Positions 8,618-17,288 of a DNA stretch of 59,588 nucleotides are shown one piece after another (within the stretch, counting starts at the first letter, position 1; each line of letters starts with the position of its first letter). This DNA is from a virus. Taxonomy: Duplodnaviria; Caudoviricetes. The DNA lies in the IMG/VR virus record IMGVR_UViG_3300035195_000305, positions 1-59,588 of that record, one strand, 5' to 3'. The notes beneath the pieces are model-generated. The model ran no database searches and was not told the DNA's origin. It was given only the letters and a program-made list of their open reading frames with translations. The translations under genes were made by a program, and so were the position numbers.

Positions 8618-8871
8618 TGGCAACACCCAGAAAAGGAAAGGCAAAGGTGAAGGTAACTGCTTCTGGGAAGAAAGTAAGTTATGGTCAGGCAGGAAAAGCT
8701 AAGGGTGGCGGTCCGAGAGTTAAACCAGGAACGTCAAAAGGAGATGCTTATTGTGCAAGAAGCTATGGAATTAAAATGGGATTACCTATAGGTAAACGAA
8801 ATGATCCTAATACTCCAAACAATTTATCTCGTAAGAGATGGAAATGTGTAGGTAAAAAATCAAGACGATGA
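8617..8871 (+). CDS. Basic phage protein, DUF6321-like
   Basis: GDAYCARSYG...NDPNTPNNLSRKRWKC pattern. Confidence 0.7.
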   Translation: MATPRKGKAKVKVTASGKKVSYGQAGKAKGGGPRVKPGTSKGDAYCARSYGIKMGLPIGKRNDPNTPNNLSRKRWKCVGKKSRR

Positions 8872-9275
8872 TAAAAAATTTATTAGGAGGATTGTTTAGT
8901 AAGGTTGTTGAGAATGCTGAGGGAATATTAGATGAAATCATTACAACAGATGAAGAGCGTGATCAAGCTAAACTTGCTATAAAAAAAATAATGTTGGATG
9001 CCGAAAGAGAGGCTTTCAATAAAGAAGTAGAAGATCGTAAAGACGCAAGATCATTATACAAAGACGATGCTTTCATTCAGAAAATATTAGCTGGTCTATT
9101 TACTATAGCTTATTTTCTACTTACATACACTATGTTTAAATACTTCGTTCTGCACGAAGTTGTTTTATCTGAATATGAGATAGGTTTTATATCTACGGTA
9201 TTTGGAGCAATGTCAGCTAAAGTAAACACTATAGTTGACTTTTTCTTTGGAGGAAGCAGTAAGCAAAACAAATGA
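8868..9275 (+). CDS. Holin-like membrane protein (GTA 3TM holin-like)
   Basis: ILDEIITTDEER...EVEDRKDAR, two TM segments, ends DFFFGGS. Confidence 0.75.
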   Translation: MIKNLLGGLFSKVVENAEGILDEIITTDEERDQAKLAIKKIMLDAEREAFNKEVEDRKDARSLYKDDAFIQKILAGLFTIAYFLLTYTMFKYFVLHEVVLSEYEIGFISTVFGAMSAKVNTIVDFFFGGSSKQNK

Positions 9276-9823
9276 TTAATCAAGAATCATCACAAAGACT
9301 TAAATCTTGGATTTTAAAAAACATAGATTTAATAAGATCTCAGAAACAATCACCAAGAGGACATAAGGGAGTGGTGTTTGGTCTTAGGGATTTACAAAGT
9401 CAAGACTTAAAAGAACTTTTAACCGCTCACTCATTTCCTTATAATGATTTAAAACACATTGAAGAGGAATTAATTAATACTTATAAAATTCCTTCAAAAA
9501 AGTATGCTGAGTCAGGCATAATGATGGTGTATTCTGAAAAAGGATATAAGTGTAAGTGGCACACCGATACTACAGATAATTTAGACGAATACACTACTCG
9601 CTTAAATGTATTGATTAGCAAACCAAAAGAAGGAGGAGAACCAATTATTAAAAAAAATAATGTAAAAGAAATTATTCCAGTAACTAAAAATAAACCCTGG
9701 ATATGTGTGGGGGGAAAATATGAGCATTCTACTGTAAAAACAGAAAGTGATGAGCCTCGAATTTTACTATCATTTGGATACGATGTCAATAAAAAAATAT
9801 TAGAAAATTTAGAATACATATAA
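9272..9823 (+). CDS. 2OG-Fe(II) oxygenase
   Basis: WHTD...RLNVLISKPKEGGEP...EHS...RILLSFG (HxD...H...R). Confidence 0.8.
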   Translation: MINQESSQRLKSWILKNIDLIRSQKQSPRGHKGVVFGLRDLQSQDLKELLTAHSFPYNDLKHIEEELINTYKIPSKKYAESGIMMVYSEKGYKCKWHTDTTDNLDEYTTRLNVLISKPKEGGEPIIKKNNVKEIIPVTKNKPWICVGGKYEHSTVKTESDEPRILLSFGYDVNKKILENLEYI

Positions 9824-9848
9824 TTAAAATGTGTTAGATAACTTTTAT

Positions 9849-9856
9849 TATATTTG
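9849..9856 (+). promoter_or_regulatory. -7 box TATATTTG
   Basis: TAnnTTTG upstream of tail fibre cluster. Confidence 0.6.
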
Positions 9857-9889
9857 CACTAAGAAATAATTAACTAAAATCAAATAAAA

Positions 9890-10138
9890 ATGGAAAACAA
9901 GATTGACGAAAAAACATTAAAGAATTTACAAGAGTTAAATTCACAGTTTAACACTATTAAAACTCAATTAGGAGATTTAGAACTTCAAAAACATGGACTA
10001 TGTTTAAAGGTAGAATCTTTAAGAGGTGAATTCTCAACACTGGAAGCAGAACTTGCAGAAAAGCATGGTAAGAATTCGATTATAAACTTAGAGACAGGAG
10101 AAGTAACTCAAAAAGAAGAAGAAAAAGAAAATGGCTAA
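9890..10138 (+). CDS. Coiled-coil protein (prefoldin-like composition, possible tail-fibre chaperone)
   Basis: 82 aa with heptads; ends INLETGEV. Confidence 0.6.
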   Translation: MENKIDEKTLKNLQELNSQFNTIKTQLGDLELQKHGLCLKVESLRGEFSTLEAELAEKHGKNSIINLETGEVTQKEEEKENG

Positions 10139-10679
10139 AATAAAAGACACCATAACGTATCCTATAAAGAGCGTTGCTAATACCAGAGACATGGTAATCA
10201 TCACTGACGCTTATGATGGGTCTACCAAAAATATGCTTTTAGGTACGGTGTCTGCATTAAACACAGGATTAGTAGGGTTTAAAGAAGTTAGTTTAGAATT
10301 AACTTCAGCACAAGTTTTAGGATTAATTACAACTCCCTTTACAATAGTTCCAGCTTCAGCTGTTGCTAATACCTTTATTGTTCCTGTAAGTATTTTGTTA
10401 ACATTAAATACTGTTACTACTGCTTATGCCTTTAATGGTGCTGATGTTTTTTCAGTTAACTATACAACTCCTACAACAGGAGGGGTATTAGCAAGTTTTA
10501 CAGGATCGTTTTTAAATTCAGTATCACAAACTTCTATAGCAGGGTCTGTAGGAACTCTCGTTACTCTACCTGTTGTTAATCAAGATTTAGTTTTAACTGG
10601 AGTAGGAAATACTGCAAGCGGAACGGGTGATGGTACTTTAAAAGTGACGGTTCAATATACAGAAATGTCAATAATATAA
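10131..10679 (+). CDS. Short tail fibre/appendage protein
   Basis: N-terminus MAKIKDTITYP...DMVIITD paralogous to the next gene's N-terminus. Confidence 0.65.
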   Translation: MAKIKDTITYPIKSVANTRDMVIITDAYDGSTKNMLLGTVSALNTGLVGFKEVSLELTSAQVLGLITTPFTIVPASAVANTFIVPVSILLTLNTVTTAYAFNGADVFSVNYTTPTTGGVLASFTGSFLNSVSQTSIAGSVGTLVTLPVVNQDLVLTGVGNTASGTGDGTLKVTVQYTEMSII

Positions 10680-10690
10680 CAAAATAAGAT

Positions 10691-13600
10691 ATGGCTAAAA
10701 TTGAAAACATCACAGTATATCCTACGGTAACTCCAGCGGATGATGATTTACTAATCGGAACTGACGTTAGTAATAATAATAAAACAGTCACATTTACAGT
10801 TGCTTCTATAGGGGCAGGTGGCCCTGGAATTCTTCAGGGTTTACAGTCAGTATTAGATACAAGTAATTTTGCTACACAAAGTATTGTTTTAACAGGTGGC
10901 CCTGGTCCGAATGGATATATAGATTTAAACCAAATACTACTAACAGGATCAGCAGGTGCTGCTGGTCAAGTTCTTACTTCTGGCGGTGGCGGTGGATTAG
11001 CAACATGGACAACTCCATCTCCAGGTGGCGGTGGAGAAAATATACAGCAAACTTTAGCTATCGGAAACACAACATCATTATCAATGATAATGAATGGTGC
11101 AGGTCAGCAGTTAAGTTTATCTGGGGGCACTGATCTTAACATAGCGGGCGCAGGTTCTAATATAAATGTAGGAGCATCTTCTAATCTTATTTTATCTGAT
11201 ACTTCTACTTTAAACTTTTCAACACTAACAACAATAAGTGATTATTCTGGTAACACAGGGGTGGCTGGACAAATACTATCTATAAATACTGCGGGTACAG
11301 GTGTAGAGTGGGGCACTTTACCTCCTCCTTCTACTCCAAGTTTACAACAAGTTTTAAACGTAGGTAATACAGCTATAGGTATAGGTATAAACCTAACAGC
11401 AGGATCTCCTTTAACTTTAGATGCAACTTCTAATATTGTTTCAAACGGAACTAATACGTTTAATGGAACTAATACTTTTACTTCTAATGTAGATCTTGAT
11501 GGTTGTTTAGAGGATGTAAATGGATCATGTGGAGTAGCTGGTCAAATACTAAGTTCTACTGTATCGGGAGTTCAGTGGGTTAATGCAGCGTCTTCTGTAG
11601 TGCCAACTTTACAAGTAGTATTAACTAATGGAGATACAGCTACTGAAGATATAAACCTTACAGGGAATATTGATCTTACAGGAAGCTTAGTGTTAGGGTC
11701 AAACACAACTATAAGCGCAAACTCTTCGGTTGGTACTCCAGGACAATATTTAACAGCTACAGCAACGGGCGTGGAGTGGACAACTAATGCAGCTGCAAAT
11801 CCTAATTTAGATCAGGTTTTAAGTGCAGGAAATACTTCAACACAAAATATTCTTCTTACAGGTACTGCTAATATAACAACACCAACAATTAGCCCTGGAG
11901 CTATAGCTGTGACCAATGGTACAGGTGGTGCTAATCAGATATTACAATCTAACGCAGGTGTTCTTTCTTGGGTAAATAATACTACTACAGGAATGACGAA
12001 CTTTCAGTTGAGTGCTGACGCTGGTCCTACTCAAACAGTAAATGATAGTGATATAGTTCAATTTCTTGGCGGTACAGGATTAAGCACTGTAACTTCTAAT
12101 ATAGATATTGTTACTGTTAATTTAGATAATACAACGGTAGTTCCAGGATCATATACATATACTGATCTTACTGTAAATGCTCAAGGTCAGATTACATCGG
12201 TTACTTCTAATCCGTCTCCTCCATCAGACACAACTTATGTTTTAGACTCAGTTCAAAATGGAACAGATTCAGATATAAAATTAACATCTTCTATTGGAGT
12301 TGTTGATACAGTAAAATTAGTAGCGGGAACTAATATCACACTTACAGATACGGGTAGTAATATAACAATAGCCGCAGCAGCAGGAGGTACGGGAATGACA
12401 AGCTTTACCGCTGCTGGAGATAGTGGATCTCAAACAATTACAGATGGTAATACTTTAACTATTGCGGGAGGAACGGGTATAGGAACAGCTGCATCTGCGG
12501 TTGATACAGTTACAGTAGGGCTTACTGCTTCAGGGGTTACAGCTGGTAGTTATACCAACACAGATCTTACTGTAGATATATACGGAAGAATAACAGCAGC
12601 TTCTAACGGGGCTTCTGGTGGTGGTGGCGTAACTTCAGTAACATTACAATCAGCAACAACTTCAGTAGGACCTTCTATGACTATAGCTCCAACAACAGGA
12701 GTAGTTTTAGTTACTCCTCACGCTTATAATGGAGGTAGTAACACAGGATTTGTTCCTGTAGGAGGAACATCAGCTAATGTTTTAGGTGGAGACGGAAATT
12801 GGAAAGGATTTATAGCTGGAAATGGAAATATTTCAACAGGCGCTGCAATTTCGGTAGTTGTAAACCCTAATAATATATTACTCTCGTCTCATGTTTATGC
12901 TGGTGGTGGATTTGTAGGGCATGTACCAGGAAATGGTACTGCAGGCACATACTTAGAGGGAGACGGTACATGGTCTACCCCATCTTCTTCATCTTACTCT
13001 TGGAATATAGCAGGTGGTGCTATATCATCAGGAAATGTAACTAATGGAACAATTGTAAAGTTTATTGGTGGTACTGGAATGACAGTAAGTATCGCTAATT
13101 CTTTTGATGTAACTCTTGATACTACTGCGGTTCTTACGGAATCAGTTAGTACAGCAGTTTCTACAGGTACTCCTTTAACCGCTACAATAGCTGCTAATAA
13201 TATTTCACTTGTATCTCATTCTTATGCTGGAGGATCTAATGTAGGGTACGTGCCATTAGGAGGTACAGCTGGTACTGTCCTTGATGGTACTGGAAACTGG
13301 ATTTCTCAAACTGCGGCAGGAGTAACTTCTGTAACAATACAGTCGGGCACGAATTCTACAGGAGCACCTATTTCACAAAATACAACAACAGGCGCTATAA
13401 CATGGACGCCTCATCAATATAATGGAGGGACTAATGTAGGTTATGTTCCTACAGGTTCAGGAGGAACAGCTACCTTATATTTAGACGGATCAGGAAACTG
13501 GAGTGCTCCAACAGGAACATTAACAAGCTTTATATTAGCGGGTAATGCCGGTACATCTACTGTAGATAACGGGGATAACGTTGGTCTTGTAGGAACAAAT

Positions 13601-14581
13601 GCTTCTGGAGGATTAAGTTTTTCGGTATCATCTGCTGGAACAAGTATAGCAATATTAGGAACAATAGTTCCAACTGGCGTAACTCCTGGTTCTTATACTA
13701 ATTCTGATATTACTGTAAATTCTGAAGGTCAAATTACCACTATAAGTAATGGTACGGGAGGAGGAATTACAAATGTACAACTTTCAGCAACAGGAACATC
13801 TACAGGGTTAAATGATTCTTTAGAAGTAAGTATTGTTGGTACTACAGCTTTTCTGACTCCTAATGTATTTGCTGGAGGAGTTAATGTTGGGAATGTTCCA
13901 AGTTCTGCTGCAGTACCAGCTTCAGCAGAAAGAATCCACATGTTAGCAGCTGATGGAACTTGGCAAACAACTGCAGCAACCTCAATGATAAGAGAAAGGT
14001 TCTCTGTAGCAGAGCAAAAGTATCAGGCTAATCAATATTGGGTTGCCAGAAGTCCTGAAAGCGGTGGGTTAGGAACTAATGATGTTAATATAACTCGTTT
14101 TTATCAATTTACAAACTCCTCTCCAGCAACAGCTGCAACCACATGGACTTCATTGCAATACGGTTCTGGTCAGATACTTCAACAGCCAAGCCTGCAATTT
14201 TCAAAACCAGGGACAGAAGAAAATATGATTACCGCAGCAACAGGAATATGTACTTATCACAGTAATGGTGCAACTCAATCAAATCCAATAGCCCATGTTT
14301 TTGAATTATGGCATGTAAATAATTATTGCACACTTACAAACGCTACAAAAGTAGGAGAGTTTAAATTTACCGTTACTGGAGGCCCTATGCCTATTAATGA
14401 TGATGGTGTTATACAATGTCAAGATATGGATTGGGGTGTTGCTACTGACGGACAAAAACTTGATCCAGGAGATGGTCTTATTTTAACTTATAAATTTGAT
14501 CCTCTTGCAAGCGGACAAACCCAAAATAGTGCTGATCTGTGGTTTGATTTAACCATGAAGTATCAGACAGCAATACTTTAA
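10691..14581 (+). CDS. Long tail fibre / receptor-binding protein
   Basis: 1296 aa, Gly/Thr/Ser-rich; repeated LQxVLxxGN, GSYTxxDxTVxxxGxIT and YxGGxxxGxVP...DGxW modules. Confidence 0.85.
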   Translation: MAKIENITVYPTVTPADDDLLIGTDVSNNNKTVTFTVASIGAGGPGILQGLQSVLDTSNFATQSIVLTGGPGPNGYIDLNQILLTGSAGAAGQVLTSGGGGGLATWTTPSPGGGGENIQQTLAIGNTTSLSMIMNGAGQQLSLSGGTDLNIAGAGSNINVGASSNLILSDTSTLNFSTLTTISDYSGNTGVAGQILSINTAGTGVEWGTLPPPSTPSLQQVLNVGNTAIGIGINLTAGSPLTLDATSNIVSNGTNTFNGTNTFTSNVDLDGCLEDVNGSCGVAGQILSSTVSGVQWVNAASSVVPTLQVVLTNGDTATEDINLTGNIDLTGSLVLGSNTTISANSSVGTPGQYLTATATGVEWTTNAAANPNLDQVLSAGNTSTQNILLTGTANITTPTISPGAIAVTNGTGGANQILQSNAGVLSWVNNTTTGMTNFQLSADAGPTQTVNDSDIVQFLGGTGLSTVTSNIDIVTVNLDNTTVVPGSYTYTDLTVNAQGQITSVTSNPSPPSDTTYVLDSVQNGTDSDIKLTSSIGVVDTVKLVAGTNITLTDTGSNITIAAAAGGTGMTSFTAAGDSGSQTITDGNTLTIAGGTGIGTAASAVDTVTVGLTASGVTAGSYTNTDLTVDIYGRITAASNGASGGGGVTSVTLQSATTSVGPSMTIAPTTGVVLVTPHAYNGGSNTGFVPVGGTSANVLGGDGNWKGFIAGNGNISTGAAISVVVNPNNILLSSHVYAGGGFVGHVPGNGTAGTYLEGDGTWSTPSSSSYSWNIAGGAISSGNVTNGTIVKFIGGTGMTVSIANSFDVTLDTTAVLTESVSTAVSTGTPLTATIAANNISLVSHSYAGGSNVGYVPLGGTAGTVLDGTGNWISQTAAGVTSVTIQSGTNSTGAPISQNTTTGAITWTPHQYNGGTNVGYVPTGSGGTATLYLDGSGNWSAPTGTLTSFILAGNAGTSTVDNGDNVGLVGTNASGGLSFSVSSAGTSIAILGTIVPTGVTPGSYTNSDITVNSEGQITTISNGTGGGITNVQLSATGTSTGLNDSLEVSIVGTTAFLTPNVFAGGVNVGNVPSSAAVPASAERIHMLAADGTWQTTAATSMIRERFSVAEQKYQANQYWVARSPESGGLGTNDVNITRFYQFTNSSPATAATTWTSLQYGSGQILQQPSLQFSKPGTEENMITAATGICTYHSNGATQSNPIAHVFELWHVNNYCTLTNATKVGEFKFTVTGGPMPINDDGVIQCQDMDWGVATDGQKLDPGDGLILTYKFDPLASGQTQNSADLWFDLTMKYQTAIL

Positions 14582-14607
14582 AATTAAATAAAATAAAATA
14601 AAATGAA

Positions 14608-14826
14608 ATGGACATTAGAAAAATATCAATCGGCTCAGACTATAAGTCTGGAGCTATGCACTATATAGTAGGTCAAGAAGTATTAGGAGGTTCTCATAAA
14701 ATACATCTTATTCAAGGAGACAGTCTTTCTTATAAAATATGGATTCAAAGAGGTGATGAAATATATATGTGGAAAGAATTTCTCAGTACTCTTCCTATAT
14801 CATTAGAATATAATATAAACTTTTAG
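14608..14826 (+). CDS. Hypothetical protein
   Basis: 72 aa, A-rich leader. Confidence 0.75.
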   Translation: MDIRKISIGSDYKSGAMHYIVGQEVLGGSHKIHLIQGDSLSYKIWIQRGDEIYMWKEFLSTLPISLEYNINF

Positions 14827-15389
14827 TGAGGTCGCCTGACTCTTTTATTGTAACCCCTGTCAATGATAGGCGATACGATAACCTTAAAGAAATATCTGGA
14901 GTAAAATTTATTACCAGTGTTTCTGAGGAAGACCATACAGCCTCTAATCGTTTTGCAACAGTAATAGAAACTCCTATAGGTTATAACGGGCATGTTAAAA
15001 AAGGAGATACGTTATTGGTTCATCATAATGTTTTTAAATTTTATAATGACATGCAAGGTCGTAGAAAAAGCGGCAGGAGTCATTTAAAAGATAATTTGTT
15101 TTTAGTAGATTATGATCAATTTTTTATGTATAAAAATAAAGACAAATGGAAAGCTTGGGGTAAATATTGTTTTATAAAACCTATTGAGTTAGAAGATTCG
15201 TATATTTTTAAAGGAGGAAGTGAAGAGCCTTTGTTTGGTATTGTAAAATATATTAATCAAGAATTGTTAGATTTAGGAGTACAAGAAGGGGATAAAATAT
15301 CTTACACTCCTGACAGCGATTATCCTTTTAATATTGAGGGAGAAAAATTGTACCGAATGTTTACAAACAATATAACTATGACATTATGA
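14826..15389 (+). CDS. Tandem GroES-like domain protein
   Basis: GTG start overlapping upstream stop; two Cpn10-like halves (FIVTP...VKKGDTLL; FIKPI...GIVKY...VQEGDKI...IEGEKLYRM). Confidence 0.6.
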   Translation: MRSPDSFIVTPVNDRRYDNLKEISGVKFITSVSEEDHTASNRFATVIETPIGYNGHVKKGDTLLVHHNVFKFYNDMQGRRKSGRSHLKDNLFLVDYDQFFMYKNKDKWKAWGKYCFIKPIELEDSYIFKGGSEEPLFGIVKYINQELLDLGVQEGDKISYTPDSDYPFNIEGEKLYRMFTNNITMTL

Positions 15390-15967
15390 TACATATTATA
15401 GATAATTTTATAGATAAAGATTTATTTAAAATAGCTGAAAAATATTTAAAAAAAGGAGAGTTTATAAAACATACAGCAGGAGATAAAAATTTTTACATTC
15501 AAGAATCACCCACAACTTTTGACGATTATGTTTTAAGAAAATTAGGAATGATAGAAGGGAAGCCTGTTGAAAATATATTAAGTTTTTTTAGAGTTTCAAA
15601 TGAAGATCTTGATAATAAATGGCGTATACATTCAGATTTAAACATAGATGGTAAAAAACCTGATAGAGCTGCTGTTCTTTATATGTCTAATAGAAAAGTA
15701 GAGGAGCTTCATGGAACAGCTTTTTGGGAGCATGAAGTTTACGGAAAAAATCTTCCTGATCATATAACAGATAAAGAATACAATAGATTAATAGAAGTGG
15801 ACTCTGAAGAATTAGATATGTGGAGATTAGTTTCTGTAGCGGGTTATGAGCAAAACAGATTAGTATCATATCCTGCTAATTATTTTCACAGTAAATATCC
15901 TAATAAATCTTGGAAGGAGGGAAGAGAAGTATATGTTATATTTTATAAATATAAAAACATTAAATGA
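15386..15967 (+). CDS. 2OG-Fe(II) oxygenase-like (DUF6445-like)
   Basis: IIDNF...IHSD...AVLYM...GTAFW...NRLVSY...FHS...R. Confidence 0.8.
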   Translation: MIHIIDNFIDKDLFKIAEKYLKKGEFIKHTAGDKNFYIQESPTTFDDYVLRKLGMIEGKPVENILSFFRVSNEDLDNKWRIHSDLNIDGKKPDRAAVLYMSNRKVEELHGTAFWEHEVYGKNLPDHITDKEYNRLIEVDSEELDMWRLVSVAGYEQNRLVSYPANYFHSKYPNKSWKEGREVYVIFYKYKNIK

Positions 15968-17001
15968 AAAGAATTGCCATTATAGGGGCAGGTAATGCTG
16001 GATGTATAACCGCATTAGAATTATCAAAGACAGAATGTAGTTCTTCTAAAAGTGATATCACTATATATCATGACTCGAATAATTACCCTATAGAAAAAGT
16101 TGGGCAAGGTTCATTGCCTTCTTTTACTGAGCTGTTGTATGATACTTTGAATTTGAATTGGTATGATAAAAATGTTATTGATGGAACTATTAAGATGGGT
16201 ATATTATATAAAGGGTGGGAAAAAAATAAAAAAGAAATTTTTCATTCTTTTGCGATGCATCAAGCTGCAGTACATTTTACTCCCAATAAATTATCTAAAG
16301 CAGTTTTAGAATCTGGGTTATTTAATGTAAAAGAAAAAAACATTAAAAATCCTGAGAGTGAAATAGATGCTGATTTTATATTTGACTGTAGAGGAAAGGG
16401 TAATAGGGATAAAAATAACTATGAGAAAATAAGTAGTCCTATAAATGCTGTGCTTCTTGCTGCCAACTATAAACAAGGAAAAGATAGGGATTTAACATAC
16501 ACCCAAGCAGTGGCTACCCCTAATGGGTGGACATTTGTTATACCCAACAAGGATACTATATCGTATGGATATCTTTATAATAGTAAAATAACATCTACTG
16601 AAGAAGCAAGAGAAGATTTTATGAGTAGGTTTGGTATAGTGAAAATTAATAACGAACTTCCGTTTGAGAATTATGTAGCTAAAAATATGTTTGTAGGAGA
16701 AAGAACTATATTGCAAGGTAATGCGTATGGATTTATAGAGCCTTTAGAGGCAACCTCTCTTAATTTTTATCATCAATTATGTATCGAGGCTAAAAAAACT
16801 ATTTTTAACGGGGTTAATGCCAAAGAAAGTAATAGTAAGGTTAAAGCACTAATGCATAGGATTGAATCGTTTTTATTGTTGCATTATCAATTTGGATCTA
16901 AGTATAATACACCTTTTTGGAAGTATGCAAAAACATTGACTTTTAACTCTACTTTTAGTGCCGATAATTTAAGTGAATTATGGGAAAAAATAGAACCTTA
17001 A
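15964..17001 (+). CDS. Flavin-dependent (tryptophan halogenase-like) oxidoreductase
   Basis: IIGAGNAG FAD motif, GTIKMGI (catalytic Lys position), GWTFVIP, GFIEPLEAT. Confidence 0.85.
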   Translation: MKRIAIIGAGNAGCITALELSKTECSSSKSDITIYHDSNNYPIEKVGQGSLPSFTELLYDTLNLNWYDKNVIDGTIKMGILYKGWEKNKKEIFHSFAMHQAAVHFTPNKLSKAVLESGLFNVKEKNIKNPESEIDADFIFDCRGKGNRDKNNYEKISSPINAVLLAANYKQGKDRDLTYTQAVATPNGWTFVIPNKDTISYGYLYNSKITSTEEAREDFMSRFGIVKINNELPFENYVAKNMFVGERTILQGNAYGFIEPLEATSLNFYHQLCIEAKKTIFNGVNAKESNSKVKALMHRIESFLLLHYQFGSKYNTPFWKYAKTLTFNSTFSADNLSELWEKIEP

Positions 17002-17009
17002 TATAAAAA

Positions 17010-17288
17010 ATGGATAGCAAAGAGATTAAATTAGAAATAATAAAAGCTGGAGAAAAAGCAGTTAGGCAATTAATTAAAGTAGCTAAAGAGGATATTATAA
17101 AATATGAAGCAGAAGATCCTTTAGCCGCAGACAGATTAAAAAATGCAGCAGCTACAAAAAAACTTTGTATTATGGATGCATTTGAAATATTAAAACGTAT
17201 AGAAGAAGAGAGAGCGATGTTGGATGGTAATTTTACCGAAAAGAAAACTAATATTCCTAAAGGATTTGCAGAGTCAAGATCAAAATAA
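17010..17288 (+). CDS. Hypothetical protein, candidate terminase small subunit
   Basis: 92-aa helical protein directly upstream of and overlapping TerL; call is positional only. Confidence 0.5.
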   Translation: MDSKEIKLEIIKAGEKAVRQLIKVAKEDIIKYEAEDPLAADRLKNAAATKKLCIMDAFEILKRIEEERAMLDGNFTEKKTNIPKGFAESRSK

